From positions 2,764 to 66,763 of the forward strand of contig CALXLC010000033.1 of assembly GCA_944389095.1 (NCBI GenBank): DNA of 64,000 bases, read 5' to 3'. This DNA comes from an uncultured Alphaproteobacteria bacterium. Its GTDB lineage: Bacteria; Pseudomonadota; Alphaproteobacteria; RF32; CAG-239. The translations under genes were made by a program, and so were the position numbers. The notes beneath the pieces are model-generated. The model searched no databases, had not been told where the DNA came from, and saw only the letters and a list, made by a program, of their open reading frames with translations. Below, one piece after another: positions 18,854 to 27,095 of this stretch (the first letter of the stretch is position 1; each line of letters opens with the position of its first letter).

Positions 18854-19699
18854 TTAGAGTGAAGGGGCAGGTACCGGAAGCTTCGGCGCCGGTGCATTGG
18901 CGGCGTTTTCCGGCAGAGGGCCCTTCATCGGGGCATCAGCCGTGGGCAGAGGGCCTTTCATCGGGGCGTCAGCCGTGGGCAGAGGTCCTTTCATCGGAGC
19001 GTCAGCCGTGGGCAGAGGGCCCTTCATCGGGGCATCAGCCGTGGGCAGAGGGCCTTTCATCGGGGCATTAGCCGTGGGCAGAGGACCTTTCATCGGGGCA
19101 TTAGCCGTGGGCAGAGGACCTTTCATCGGAGCGTTAGCCGTAGGCAAGGGGCCTTTCATTGGGGCATTAGCCGTAGGCAGAGGACCTTTCATCGGAGCGT
19201 TCGGGCCGACTTGGAGATTGGGAAGGCCCTGAGCGGCCGGATTGTCCAGCAGGTTGTTGAACATGGCATGGTTGATTTTGTCGCCGACTTTTATCTGGTG
19301 GCGTTTGACTTGTCCGGCATTGAGTTCAATGACGGCGCGTACAGGCGTGTCGCAGATGATTTGCGCTTCGGACATCGGGGTTGCGTTTTCTTTAATCATG
19401 ATGATGCTGCTGTCTGCATCAATAAACAACATGTCCAGAGGAATTTTGGTGTTTTTCATCCACATGGCCGTCGGGCGTACCGGATAAATGTTGAAAATCA
19501 TACCGCTGTTCATTCCGAGCTCTTTGCGGTGCATTAAACCGGTGGCCAGTTCCTGCGGCGTATTGGCAACCTCGACCGCAAAGCGGATATCGCCGTTGAC
19601 CGTTTTGATAATCAGCGGGGTTGTCGGTTTGGTTTCCGGTTCCTGCGAACAGGCGGCCGCCAGTGCGACAAGCATAAAAATTTTGAGGAATTTAGACAT
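18854..19699 (-). CDS. DUF192-domain lipoprotein with C-terminal 11-residue tandem repeats
   Basis: Start ATG 19699 behind AGGAGA. Lipobox ..LVALAAAC.. DUF192-like core (..GLMHRKELGMNSGMIFNIYP..MWMKNTKIPLDMLFID..). The C-terminus holds nine copies of APMKGPLP-containing 11-mers. Confidence 0.8.
   Translation of the reverse strand: MSKFLKIFMLVALAAACSQEPETKPTTPLIIKTVNGDIRFAVEVANTPQELATGLMHRKELGMNSGMIFNIYPVRPTAMWMKNTKIPLDMLFIDADSSIIMIKENATPMSEAQIICDTPVRAVIELNAGQVKRHQIKVGDKINHAMFNNLLDNPAAQGLPNLQVGPNAPMKGPLPTANAPMKGPLPTANAPMKGPLPTANAPMKGPLPTANAPMKGPLPTADAPMKGPLPTADAPMKGPLPTADAPMKGPLPTADAPMKGPLPENAANAPAPKLPVPAPSL
18911..19198. repeat. in-frame 33-bp tandem repeat, 9 copies, inside the DUF192 gene
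   Basis: Counted by hand: four ..TCAGCC.. units (PTAD) and four ..TTAGCC.. units (PTAN) plus a terminal partial variant. Copies differ at scattered synonymous positions. Confidence 0.9.
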
Positions 19700-20258
19700 A
19701 CTTGCTCTCCTTGTGTTTATCGGCATTTAATTTGCGCGGCTGCCATTGCGAGACGACAACCGGGCCGTTTTGCGAAATCATGATTTTTTTTGGCATGACC
19801 TTCCGGGCCTGGCGAAAATTTTCCGGTGTCAGGCTGTTTTTGAATTTGGAGGCCATTTCGTAAAGGGAAACGACGTTTTTGCGCCCGGGCTGGTAGTTGT
19901 CGGCATAGCTTTGCGAATTTTTGATGAATTCGCCGAGGTCGCGGATGCTCAGCGAGGCGTATTTTTTCCAAATCAGGGATAAAAAGGCGTCGGCTTCCGG
20001 AGACAGACGCGGCAGCGGCATCAACGGCCGGCCGAAAGACAGTGCGTGGCTCAGCGTCGGATCCGAAAAGCCGTTTTCGTCGCAGACAAAAAGGCTGGGC
20101 ATCAGGTAATCAAAATTATGCGTCAGGGCAAAGTGAATCTGCGCCAGAGACAGCAGATGATGCAGCTTTTCGTTTTCCAGAAGCAGGCCTTCTTTTTCGG
20201 CTTGTCTGAAAAACCAGTTGGCGGCTTCCAAGGACGAATTTACAGCAGGCGCCGGCAT
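19692..20258 (-). CDS. possible Panacea/DUF4065 (SocA/GepA-like) domain protein
   Basis: Start ATG 20258 behind GGGAGG. ..NEKLHHLLSLAQIHFALTHNFDYLMPSLFVCDENGFSDPTL.. resembles the KLQKLLY-x-AQ..W..GPV core of DUF4065. The 3' end overlaps the DUF192 start by 8 nt. Confidence 0.45.
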   Translation of the reverse strand: MPAPAVNSSLEAANWFFRQAEKEGLLLENEKLHHLLSLAQIHFALTHNFDYLMPSLFVCDENGFSDPTLSHALSFGRPLMPLPRLSPEADAFLSLIWKKYASLSIRDLGEFIKNSQSYADNYQPGRKNVVSLYEMASKFKNSLTPENFRQARKVMPKKIMISQNGPVVVSQWQPRKLNADKHKESKYV

Positions 20259-20448
20259 GTTTTTACCTCCCGGGTGATTAAATTTGAATTTCATTATAAT
20301 ATAACCGGCGGGAAATACAAATGAATATTGAAAGATAAACAATGTTAATTATCTGCTAAAAAAAATGTTTTTGCTCTTGTGTTATGCAACATATTCGGTT
20401 ATCTTTTGCCTAAAAGGTTTTTTGTGATTTTTTTGACAGGAATTATCT

Positions 20449-21234
20449 ATGTTAGCGCTAAAAAAATTAAGTTTGTTTTGCGGGGCGGCCTTTCTGGTTT
20501 TGCAGCTTGGCGGCTGCGCCTCGGCAATTTTTCCCGATATTGACGAAGAGGAAGACGATGTTGTCGTCGGCGAAGGCGGACGTCTTGTTCGTGAAAGCAA
20601 CAGTCTGAAAGCCGATGAAGAAAATGCCTCTTATGAGGGCGAAGACGACGGAGAAAACGATGCCGACGAAGCTCAATCCGAGGAGGAGGCTCAGCCTGCC
20701 GGGGATGAAGAATCGGATAAGGACGTCAGTGACCTGCTGTCTGAATCTGATGAAGCCGAAAAAGCGGCCGCGGCGGAAACCATTCCGGTTATGAGCGAGG
20801 ATTTAAAGTCGGACAAACCGGCGCAGCCGGCGGTTCAGACCATTGAGAATCTGACGGAGGCTTCTGCCGGTCCGAGTATCAGCTATCGTCTGGATACAAT
20901 TTTGTTTGCCAACGGAAGCGCGGCGGTTGATTCGTCTTACAACGAGACAATCAAACGGGCGGTAAAGGCGGCCAAGGCCAATGATGCCAAAATAATCGTT
21001 TATGGTTACGCCTCCAGCCGCACCCGCAATACCGATCCTGTATCGCATAAGATGGCTAACTTTAAAGTTTCTTTGGAGCGGGCTCAGAATGTGGCCGCGG
21101 CTTTGCGTCGTGCCGGTATGCCTGCCGACCGGATAAGCATTGAGGCTTTGTCGGACAGCGCACCTTTGTATCAGGAAGTGATGCCGGAAGGTGAACGCTT
21201 GAATCGACGGGCGGAAATTTATATTTCTTATTAG
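20449..21234 (+). CDS. OmpA-family lipoprotein with acidic linker
   Basis: Lipobox ..LQLGGC.., a D/E-rich low-complexity linker, and a C-terminal OmpA_C-like domain (..NRRAEIYISY). Confidence 0.8.
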   Translation: MLALKKLSLFCGAAFLVLQLGGCASAIFPDIDEEEDDVVVGEGGRLVRESNSLKADEENASYEGEDDGENDADEAQSEEEAQPAGDEESDKDVSDLLSESDEAEKAAAAETIPVMSEDLKSDKPAQPAVQTIENLTEASAGPSISYRLDTILFANGSAAVDSSYNETIKRAVKAAKANDAKIIVYGYASSRTRNTDPVSHKMANFKVSLERAQNVAAALRRAGMPADRISIEALSDSAPLYQEVMPEGERLNRRAEIYISY

Positions 21235-21292
21235 CTTTGCGGGAGATTTGTTTTGACGTCCAGAGGCGCGGTTTTTTCCCGCCTCTGGATGT

Positions 21293-23095
21293 TTGTTAAA
21301 GTCAATTCGGAATAAAGGTGCCAGAGTGGATAGCGGTGATAAGGATATAAAGTCATTGGGCGGAAATCTGTGGAAAGTTTCCGAAGCAGACGAGCGCGCG
21401 GCCGAACAGATGGTGCAACGTTACAATATTCCCTATATTACGGCGCGAATTATGGTGTTGCGCGGTGTCGGTGTTGATGACGTACCGCTTTATCTGGAGC
21501 CGAAAATCAATGCTCTGATGCCGAATCCGTTTGTGCTGAAGGATATGCAAAAAGCAGCGGAGCGGATTGCTCTTGCCGTTCGCGAAAAGCAGAAAATTGC
21601 GATTATCGGAGATTATGACGTGGACGGAGCCACGTCGTCGTCCGTGTTGCGGCTGTTTTTGGAGGCTGTCGGCAATCCGCCGGTTATTCATATTCCCGAG
21701 CGTGACGAGGGGTATGGTCCGAGTCGGCAGGCTGTCGATGATTTTCATGCCCAGGGTGCCGATTTGCTGATAACTTCCGATTGCGGCACAACGGCGTTTG
21801 AGGTTTTGGAATATGCCGTTTCGCTGGGGATGGATGTTATCGTGCTGGACCATCATGAGGCCGAAAGCCGGCTTCCTCAGGTTTATGCCGTGGTGAATCC
21901 CAAACGGCTTGATGAAGACAACGATTATCCTTATTTGCGCTATATGGCGGCAGTCGGCGTGGTGTTTATGACCGTGGTGGCCGTTAACCGCGAGCTGCGG
22001 GAATCCGGTTTCTATCAGGGAGACATTAAAGAACCGGATTTGATGAAATGGCTTGATCTGGTGGCGTTGGGAACCGTTTGCGATGTCGTTCCCCTGAAAG
22101 GGCTTAACCGCGCCTATGTCAGTCAGGGACTTAAGATTATGAGCGCCAGGCGAAATATCGGTCTGACGGCATTGATGGACAAGGCCGGTATTTCCGGGGC
22201 GCCGACGGCTTTTCATATGGGGTTCGTTTTGGGGCCGCGAATCAATGCCTGCGGCAGAGTCGGGGAGGCATCAATGGGCAACCGTCTGCTTTGCGCGCAG
22301 GATACTTATCAGGCGGATTTGCTGGCCGAAAAGCTTAATGAATTCAATTTGCAGCGAAAAGACATCGAAAATTATGTTATGCTGAAAGCAATTGAAATTT
22401 TGGAAGGAACGCCGCAGACTTATCCGATTGCGTTTGTGTATGGCCGTGACTGGCATCAGGGGGTTATCGGAATTGTGGCCGGAAAGTTGAAAGAACGGTA
22501 TAATCTGCCTTCTTTTGTGATGTCGGTTGAAGATGATGAGGTTAAGGGGTCGGCGCGCTCCGTTCCGCAGGTTGATTTGGGCGCTTTGATTATTGCCGCC
22601 AAAGAAAAGGGGCTTTTGACCAAGGGCGGCGGGCATACCATGGCGGCCGGGTTTTCGCTTAATGAGGATAAACTTGAAGAGTTTCGGGAGTTTGCCGGAA
22701 AATATGTGATTGATAAAATCGGCGGGGAAGCGATTACGCCGGTGATTGAAATTGATGCTGTGCTGGATGCTGCCGGTGCGACTTTGGAATTGGCGGAAAG
22801 TTTGGAAAAACTGGAGCCGTTCGGCGCCGGAAACAGCGAGCCCAAACTTTTGCTGAAAAACGTGCGGATTGTTCGGCCGTCTCTGGTCGGTGTCGGGCAT
22901 GTGCGCTGTGTGCTGGTGTCTTCAAACGGCGGAAGTCTTAAGGCGATGGCTTTTCGATCGGCTGACAACGAAATCGGCAAGACGCTGTTGAATTCCAAAG
23001 GCGACGTTTATGATGTGGTCGGCGTGCTGCGCAAGGATACCTGGGGCGGAAGAGTTTCCGTTCAATTTTTAATCGATGATGTGAGAAAGAGTTGA
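21293..23095 (+). CDS. recJ: single-stranded-DNA-specific exonuclease RecJ
   Basis: DHH-family motifs (..IIGDYDVDGATSS.., ..TSDCGT.., ..VLDHHE..) and a DHHA1 region (..GGGHTMAAGF..). The track start is TTG, and the exact start is uncertain (GTG 21326 is possible). Confidence 0.92.
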   Translation: MLKSIRNKGARVDSGDKDIKSLGGNLWKVSEADERAAEQMVQRYNIPYITARIMVLRGVGVDDVPLYLEPKINALMPNPFVLKDMQKAAERIALAVREKQKIAIIGDYDVDGATSSSVLRLFLEAVGNPPVIHIPERDEGYGPSRQAVDDFHAQGADLLITSDCGTTAFEVLEYAVSLGMDVIVLDHHEAESRLPQVYAVVNPKRLDEDNDYPYLRYMAAVGVVFMTVVAVNRELRESGFYQGDIKEPDLMKWLDLVALGTVCDVVPLKGLNRAYVSQGLKIMSARRNIGLTALMDKAGISGAPTAFHMGFVLGPRINACGRVGEASMGNRLLCAQDTYQADLLAEKLNEFNLQRKDIENYVMLKAIEILEGTPQTYPIAFVYGRDWHQGVIGIVAGKLKERYNLPSFVMSVEDDEVKGSARSVPQVDLGALIIAAKEKGLLTKGGGHTMAAGFSLNEDKLEEFREFAGKYVIDKIGGEAITPVIEIDAVLDAAGATLELAESLEKLEPFGAGNSEPKLLLKNVRIVRPSLVGVGHVRCVLVSSNGGSLKAMAFRSADNEIGKTLLNSKGDVYDVVGVLRKDTWGGRVSVQFLIDDVRKS

Positions 23096-23097
23096 AA

Positions 23098-23781
23098 ATG
23101 CCTGATAAAAATGTCAAAAAAAGAGCCCAAAACATTAAGAGAATTCGGTTGGAACGCGAAAAGGCCGTGTTTATGAAAGTCGGCGCCAAACTGAGGGCAT
23201 ATTTGTTTACCGGTATTTTGGTGACGGCTCCGGTGGCGATTACTTTTTATATGGCTTATAAATTTATTTTATGGGTGGATAAATTTGTCGGGCAATTGAT
23301 TCCGCAACAGTATCTGCCCTCAAATTATCTGCCGTTTACCATTCCCGGGTTGGGGTTGGTGGTGCTGATTGTGGCGCTGATTTTGGTGGGAATGTTTGCG
23401 GCCGGATTTATGGGGCGTTTCTTTTTGCGGCTGGGGGAGTGGATTGTTTATAAGGTTCCTCTCGTTTCAAGTGTTTATTCTGTCTTAAAACAAATATTTG
23501 AAACGTTTTTTTCAAGTAAAACTCAAGCTTTTAGCAAGGTTGTAATGCTGGAGTATCCGCGCAAGGGGATTTGGATTTTGGGGTTTGTCAGTGCCGATTT
23601 GGGCGGAGAGGCCAAAGAAAAATTTGACGAGGAAATGCTGGCCGTTTTTATTCCGACGACGCCGAACCCGACATCCGGTTTTTTGATTTTTGTTCCCAAA
23701 AAGGATACGATTGAAATGAATATGACCGTGGAAGAAGGTTTAAAATATGTTATTTCCGGCGGTTTGGTCGAGCCGAAGTAA
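23098..23781 (+). CDS. DUF502-domain membrane protein
   Basis: Two TM helices and ..VMLEYPRKGIWILGFV..VFIPTTPNPTSGFLIFVP.., as in DUF502. ATG 23098 lies 2 nt after the recJ stop. The track ORF starts at TTG 23092. Confidence 0.8.
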   Translation: MPDKNVKKRAQNIKRIRLEREKAVFMKVGAKLRAYLFTGILVTAPVAITFYMAYKFILWVDKFVGQLIPQQYLPSNYLPFTIPGLGLVVLIVALILVGMFAAGFMGRFFLRLGEWIVYKVPLVSSVYSVLKQIFETFFSSKTQAFSKVVMLEYPRKGIWILGFVSADLGGEAKEKFDEEMLAVFIPTTPNPTSGFLIFVPKKDTIEMNMTVEEGLKYVISGGLVEPK

Positions 23782-23899
23782 AAATTTTCTGAAAATATGG
23801 CGAAGATTGCGGCTTAAAGGCCGCTTTTGCTAAAAATATTTGACAAATTCCGGGGTTTGGGGTAATCTCGCCGCCGAAAAAAAATTAGTATAAAATATT

Positions 23900-24544
23900 A
23901 TGATGGAAAAAAAGCCGGAAACAGGGAATGGAACAGTCAAATTTGATTGTACCCTGCAGGAATTGTTTGAAAGTGAAAAACGTTTTAAGGTATTGTCCGT
24001 CTCGGATTTTCAGAGGACCTCAAAAACTCGTCGGGAAGTAGCCATAATTCAGGTGAATGAAGAAGGCGGACGTTATGATGTCGAGTATTTGTGCTTTCGT
24101 TTTTTTGAAAAAGATGACAGGCGCATGCTCAGGCGCTGCAGAAAACGCAACGGTGAAAAAGACGAATGTTTTTGCGAACACAGGCTGACTTTTTCTGAGC
24201 TTGACGACAAAAATTTTTTTACGGGAAAAAGCATGGTTTTTGTTTTGCAATGGGGAACGAGCTGCGTTGCGGATCAATATTACTATGAAGCAGTGTTGGC
24301 TTTGCGGCTGGACGGCAAGCTTGTTGACAAGCAGAAATTGCGAATCCGTTATCATCACGGCGAGCTTGATTTGGCGCTCAAGTCTTTCGGCGGTCTTTAT
24401 AAGGTGTTGCCGCCGGGCATGCTCAGGGAAGCGTTGGTACATTACGTCCCTTGCGTTTATGACAACAATGTCGAGGATTTTGATGCGACTTACCGCAGAC
24501 TGTACTGGCGGGAGTTTTGGAAAAAGCTGTTTTTCAAAAAATAA
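23900..24544 (+). CDS. hypothetical protein, 214 aa
   Basis: Stand-alone unit with a TTGACA-17-TAATCT promoter at ~23841 and a strong terminator at 24563-24610. No family recognised. Confidence 0.5.
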   Translation: MMEKKPETGNGTVKFDCTLQELFESEKRFKVLSVSDFQRTSKTRREVAIIQVNEEGGRYDVEYLCFRFFEKDDRRMLRRCRKRNGEKDECFCEHRLTFSELDDKNFFTGKSMVFVLQWGTSCVADQYYYEAVLALRLDGKLVDKQKLRIRYHHGELDLALKSFGGLYKVLPPGMLREALVHYVPCVYDNNVEDFDATYRRLYWREFWKKLFFKK

Positions 24545-24685
24545 TTTTGCCGGGAAAACAATTTGAGAGGGAAAGAGCGGAACAGGCGCTTCCCTCTCAA
24601 TTTTTTTTTAACAATTGTGCAGAAAATGCTTGATTATTTTTTGAATGTGCTATAAATCTACACCTGCTTTAATGCTTAAGCATGT

Positions 24686-24772
24686 GCGGCCATGGCGAAA
24701 TTGGTAGACGCGCAACCTTGAGGTGGTTGTGGGAGTTCTCCCGTGAAGGTTCAAGTCCTTTTGGCCGCACCA
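24686..24772 (+). tRNA. tRNA-Leu (anticodon GAG)
   Basis: Class II cloverleaf read by hand: acceptor GCGGCCA/TGGCCGC, anticodon stem CAACC/GGTTG with loop TTGAGGT, a long variable arm, T-loop TTCAAGT and encoded CCA. Confidence 0.92.
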
Positions 24773-24832
24773 TTTGTGTCTGCCGCTTCTTTGGAAACAG
24801 CAATTCTTGAATTCTTTGAGACGGGGAGGGTA

Positions 24833-26263
24833 ATGATGAGCAAACGTTTCAAGCGCGACCTGCTTCCAAAATCAAAGATACTCAAAAAAAAGAAAAAATC
24901 TCAAGAAAATCAGGGGTATAAATTCGGCATTGGTCCGAAAATCATTAATTCTGTCAACATTGCCCTGCGCGAAGATGACAAACTGCACCTGTGCAAGATT
25001 GTCGAAGGGTTGTCGGAATATGATTTGGCCGATTTGATTGAAGCGCTGGATTTGGCTTCTCGCAAAAAATTAATCGAAATTCTGGGCGATAAAATTAATC
25101 CGGAGGTTTTTCCGGAATTAAACGACGTGGTTCAGGAGCAGGTTATCGAGACCTTAGATGAACCGCAGATTGTTAAAATCGCCAATGAATTGGACTCGGA
25201 TGAAGTTGTTGAAATTCTGGAGCATATGGATGAAAGCGAACAGAAGAACATTATTCAGCAGCTGGATCCGGAACTGCAGTATCAGGTTCAATCGTCTCTG
25301 GGGTATCCCGAAGACTCGGCCGGCAGAATTATGTCCCGCGAATTCGTCAGCATTCCCGACTGGTGGACGGTTAAGGAAGCAAAGGCTTATTTGCTTAAGA
25401 GTGAGGAGCTGCCCGAGAATTTTTATGAAATCTTTTTGACGGATGATAAATTCCGTCCGACCGGGCAAATTGCGCTGGACAAGCTTTTGCGCGCCAAACC
25501 GTCGCAGAAGCTGTTTGATGTTATGGACGGTGAGATTGTTCCGATTGACGTGATGACGGATCAGGAAGAAGTGGCCCACATGTTTCGGGAATACGGCTGG
25601 ATGTCGGCCATGGTGGTGGACAATCGCGGGCATTTGGTCGGCGTTATTCTGATTGATGACGTGGTGGACGTTATTCATGAAGAGGCTTCGGAAGATATTA
25701 TGCATTTGTCCGGCGCCGAAGAAGGCGATGTGTACAAGCCGGTTTTTTCAATCTTTAAATCCCGGGTTTTGTGGCTGATTACCAATCTGGCGGCAACAAT
25801 CGTTGCGGCATCGGTGGTTAAGGAGTTTCAGGACGTTATTGCCCAGATTTCGATTTTGGCGGTGCTGATGCCGATTGTGGCGTCAATGGGCGGAACGACG
25901 GGAAATCAGACGCTGGCAGTCGTCGTGCGGGCGCTGGCGACAAAAGAACTGACTTCCCGAAATACGCTGCGGATGATTGCCAAGGAATTTGCCGTGGGGT
26001 TGTGCAACGGGGTGTTGTTTGCGGGACTGATTTGGCTGATTACGCATTTTTGGTTTCCGGAGCATGCGGTAATCAGCGTCATTATCGCCATTGCCATGTT
26101 GCTGAACTTGACAATTGCCAGTTTGGCCGGAATTTTGGTGCCGTTGGCTCTGAATCGGCTGAAAGTCGATCCGGCGATATCTTCCGGCGTCTTTTTGATT
26201 GCCATTACGGATTCCGGCGGGTTTTTCGTCTTTTTGGGGTTGGCCAAGCTGATGTTGTTTTAA
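24833..26263 (+). CDS. mgtE: magnesium transporter MgtE
   Basis: MgtE N-domain, CBS pair and a C-terminal 5-TM domain (..MPIVASMGGTTGNQT..). The track ORF begins inside tRNA-Leu, so I moved the start to ATG 24833 behind GGGAGGG. Confidence 0.92.
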   Translation: MMSKRFKRDLLPKSKILKKKKKSQENQGYKFGIGPKIINSVNIALREDDKLHLCKIVEGLSEYDLADLIEALDLASRKKLIEILGDKINPEVFPELNDVVQEQVIETLDEPQIVKIANELDSDEVVEILEHMDESEQKNIIQQLDPELQYQVQSSLGYPEDSAGRIMSREFVSIPDWWTVKEAKAYLLKSEELPENFYEIFLTDDKFRPTGQIALDKLLRAKPSQKLFDVMDGEIVPIDVMTDQEEVAHMFREYGWMSAMVVDNRGHLVGVILIDDVVDVIHEEASEDIMHLSGAEEGDVYKPVFSIFKSRVLWLITNLAATIVAASVVKEFQDVIAQISILAVLMPIVASMGGTTGNQTLAVVVRALATKELTSRNTLRMIAKEFAVGLCNGVLFAGLIWLITHFWFPEHAVISVIIAIAMLLNLTIASLAGILVPLALNRLKVDPAISSGVFLIAITDSGGFFVFLGLAKLMLF

Positions 26264-26361
26264 AATCTGTCGAAAACTCTGCATATCTCCCACATAATCC
26301 TTTTTATTTGTGAAAGAATCCTTATAATATGCTTAAATGGGTTTAACAGGGAGTTTAATCG

Positions 26362-26838
26362 TTGTTATTGGGTTTATCTGTGGCGCTGGTTGTGCTGGCT
26401 GCCGACCAAATCAGCAAATTCTGGGTTTTGCATGAATTGCTGGGCGAACAGTCTGTCATTGTCTATGCTTCGTTTTTTAATGTGGTCAGGGCATGGAATA
26501 CCGGCGTGAGTTTTTCCATGTTTAACAATTACGGCAATCTCGGGGCCATTTTGTTGTCTGTCGTTGCCTTGGTCATCGTGGCTTTTCTGCTGTATTGGCT
26601 GAAAGGAGAAAAAGACCGTCTGGCGCAGGCGGCGCTGGGGTTTATTATCGGCGGCGCAATCGGAAATGTTTTTGACAGGGTGAGACTCGGGGCGGTTTTT
26701 GATTTTCTGGATTTTCATATAGGCGAATCGCATTGGCCGGCTTTTAACCTGGCAGACAGTTTTATTTGTATCGGTGCGGCGATTTTGATGCTGCAAAGTG
26801 TGATAAACGTCATAAAAAATAACGAGGTGAAAAAATGA
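26362..26838 (+). CDS. lspA: lipoprotein signal peptidase (signal peptidase II)
   Basis: ..FNVVRAWNTGVSFSMF.., ..GGAIGNVFDR.., ..FNLADSFI.. are LspA hallmarks. TTG start behind CAGGGAG. Confidence 0.93.
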   Translation: MLLGLSVALVVLAADQISKFWVLHELLGEQSVIVYASFFNVVRAWNTGVSFSMFNNYGNLGAILLSVVALVIVAFLLYWLKGEKDRLAQAALGFIIGGAIGNVFDRVRLGAVFDFLDFHIGESHWPAFNLADSFICIGAAILMLQSVINVIKNNEVKK

Positions 26839-27095
26839 GAAAGATTGCGGCTGCAGTTTTTATGCTGCTGGTTTTGGCCGGATGCGGCAATATTAATCGC
26901 GAAACGCTGGGGATGAACAAGAAGGCGCCCAATGAATTTATGGTGACTACCCGGCCGCCGTTGTCGCTGCCGCCCGAATATGATTTGCGGCCGGTCGTCG
27001 AACCTCAGCAGCAGGCCTCGGACGACAAGGATTTAAGCGAAGGCGAAGAAGGTCTGCTGGAGCGTTTGAGCAATAGTGGTAAGGAAGCGGATTGA
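26835..27095 (+). CDS. DUF3035-type small lipoprotein
   Basis: Lipobox ..LVLAGC.. and ..APNEFMVTTRPPLSLPPEYDLRP.. The start overlaps the lspA stop (ATGA). Confidence 0.7.
   Translation: MRKIAAAVFMLLVLAGCGNINRETLGMNKKAPNEFMVTTRPPLSLPPEYDLRPVVEPQQQASDDKDLSEGEEGLLERLSNSGKEAD

Noticed and set aside
18911-19198. Possible CRISPR array, because of regularly spaced ~33-bp repeats.
   Set aside because: The units are directly abutting with no spacers, they are in-frame coding sequence, and no cas genes are present.
18850-19232. Plus-strand ORFs 18850..19071 and 18897..19232 encoding GRGPFIGASAV-type repeats.
   Set aside because: They are antisense readings of the 33-bp tandem repeat inside the DUF192 gene. 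The minus-strand frame continues into a recognisable domain with a lipobox and RBS.
24743-24832. N-terminal extension of mgtE given by the track.
   Set aside because: It starts inside tRNA-Leu. An ATG with a GGGAGGG RBS at 24833 gives a normal MgtE N-terminus.
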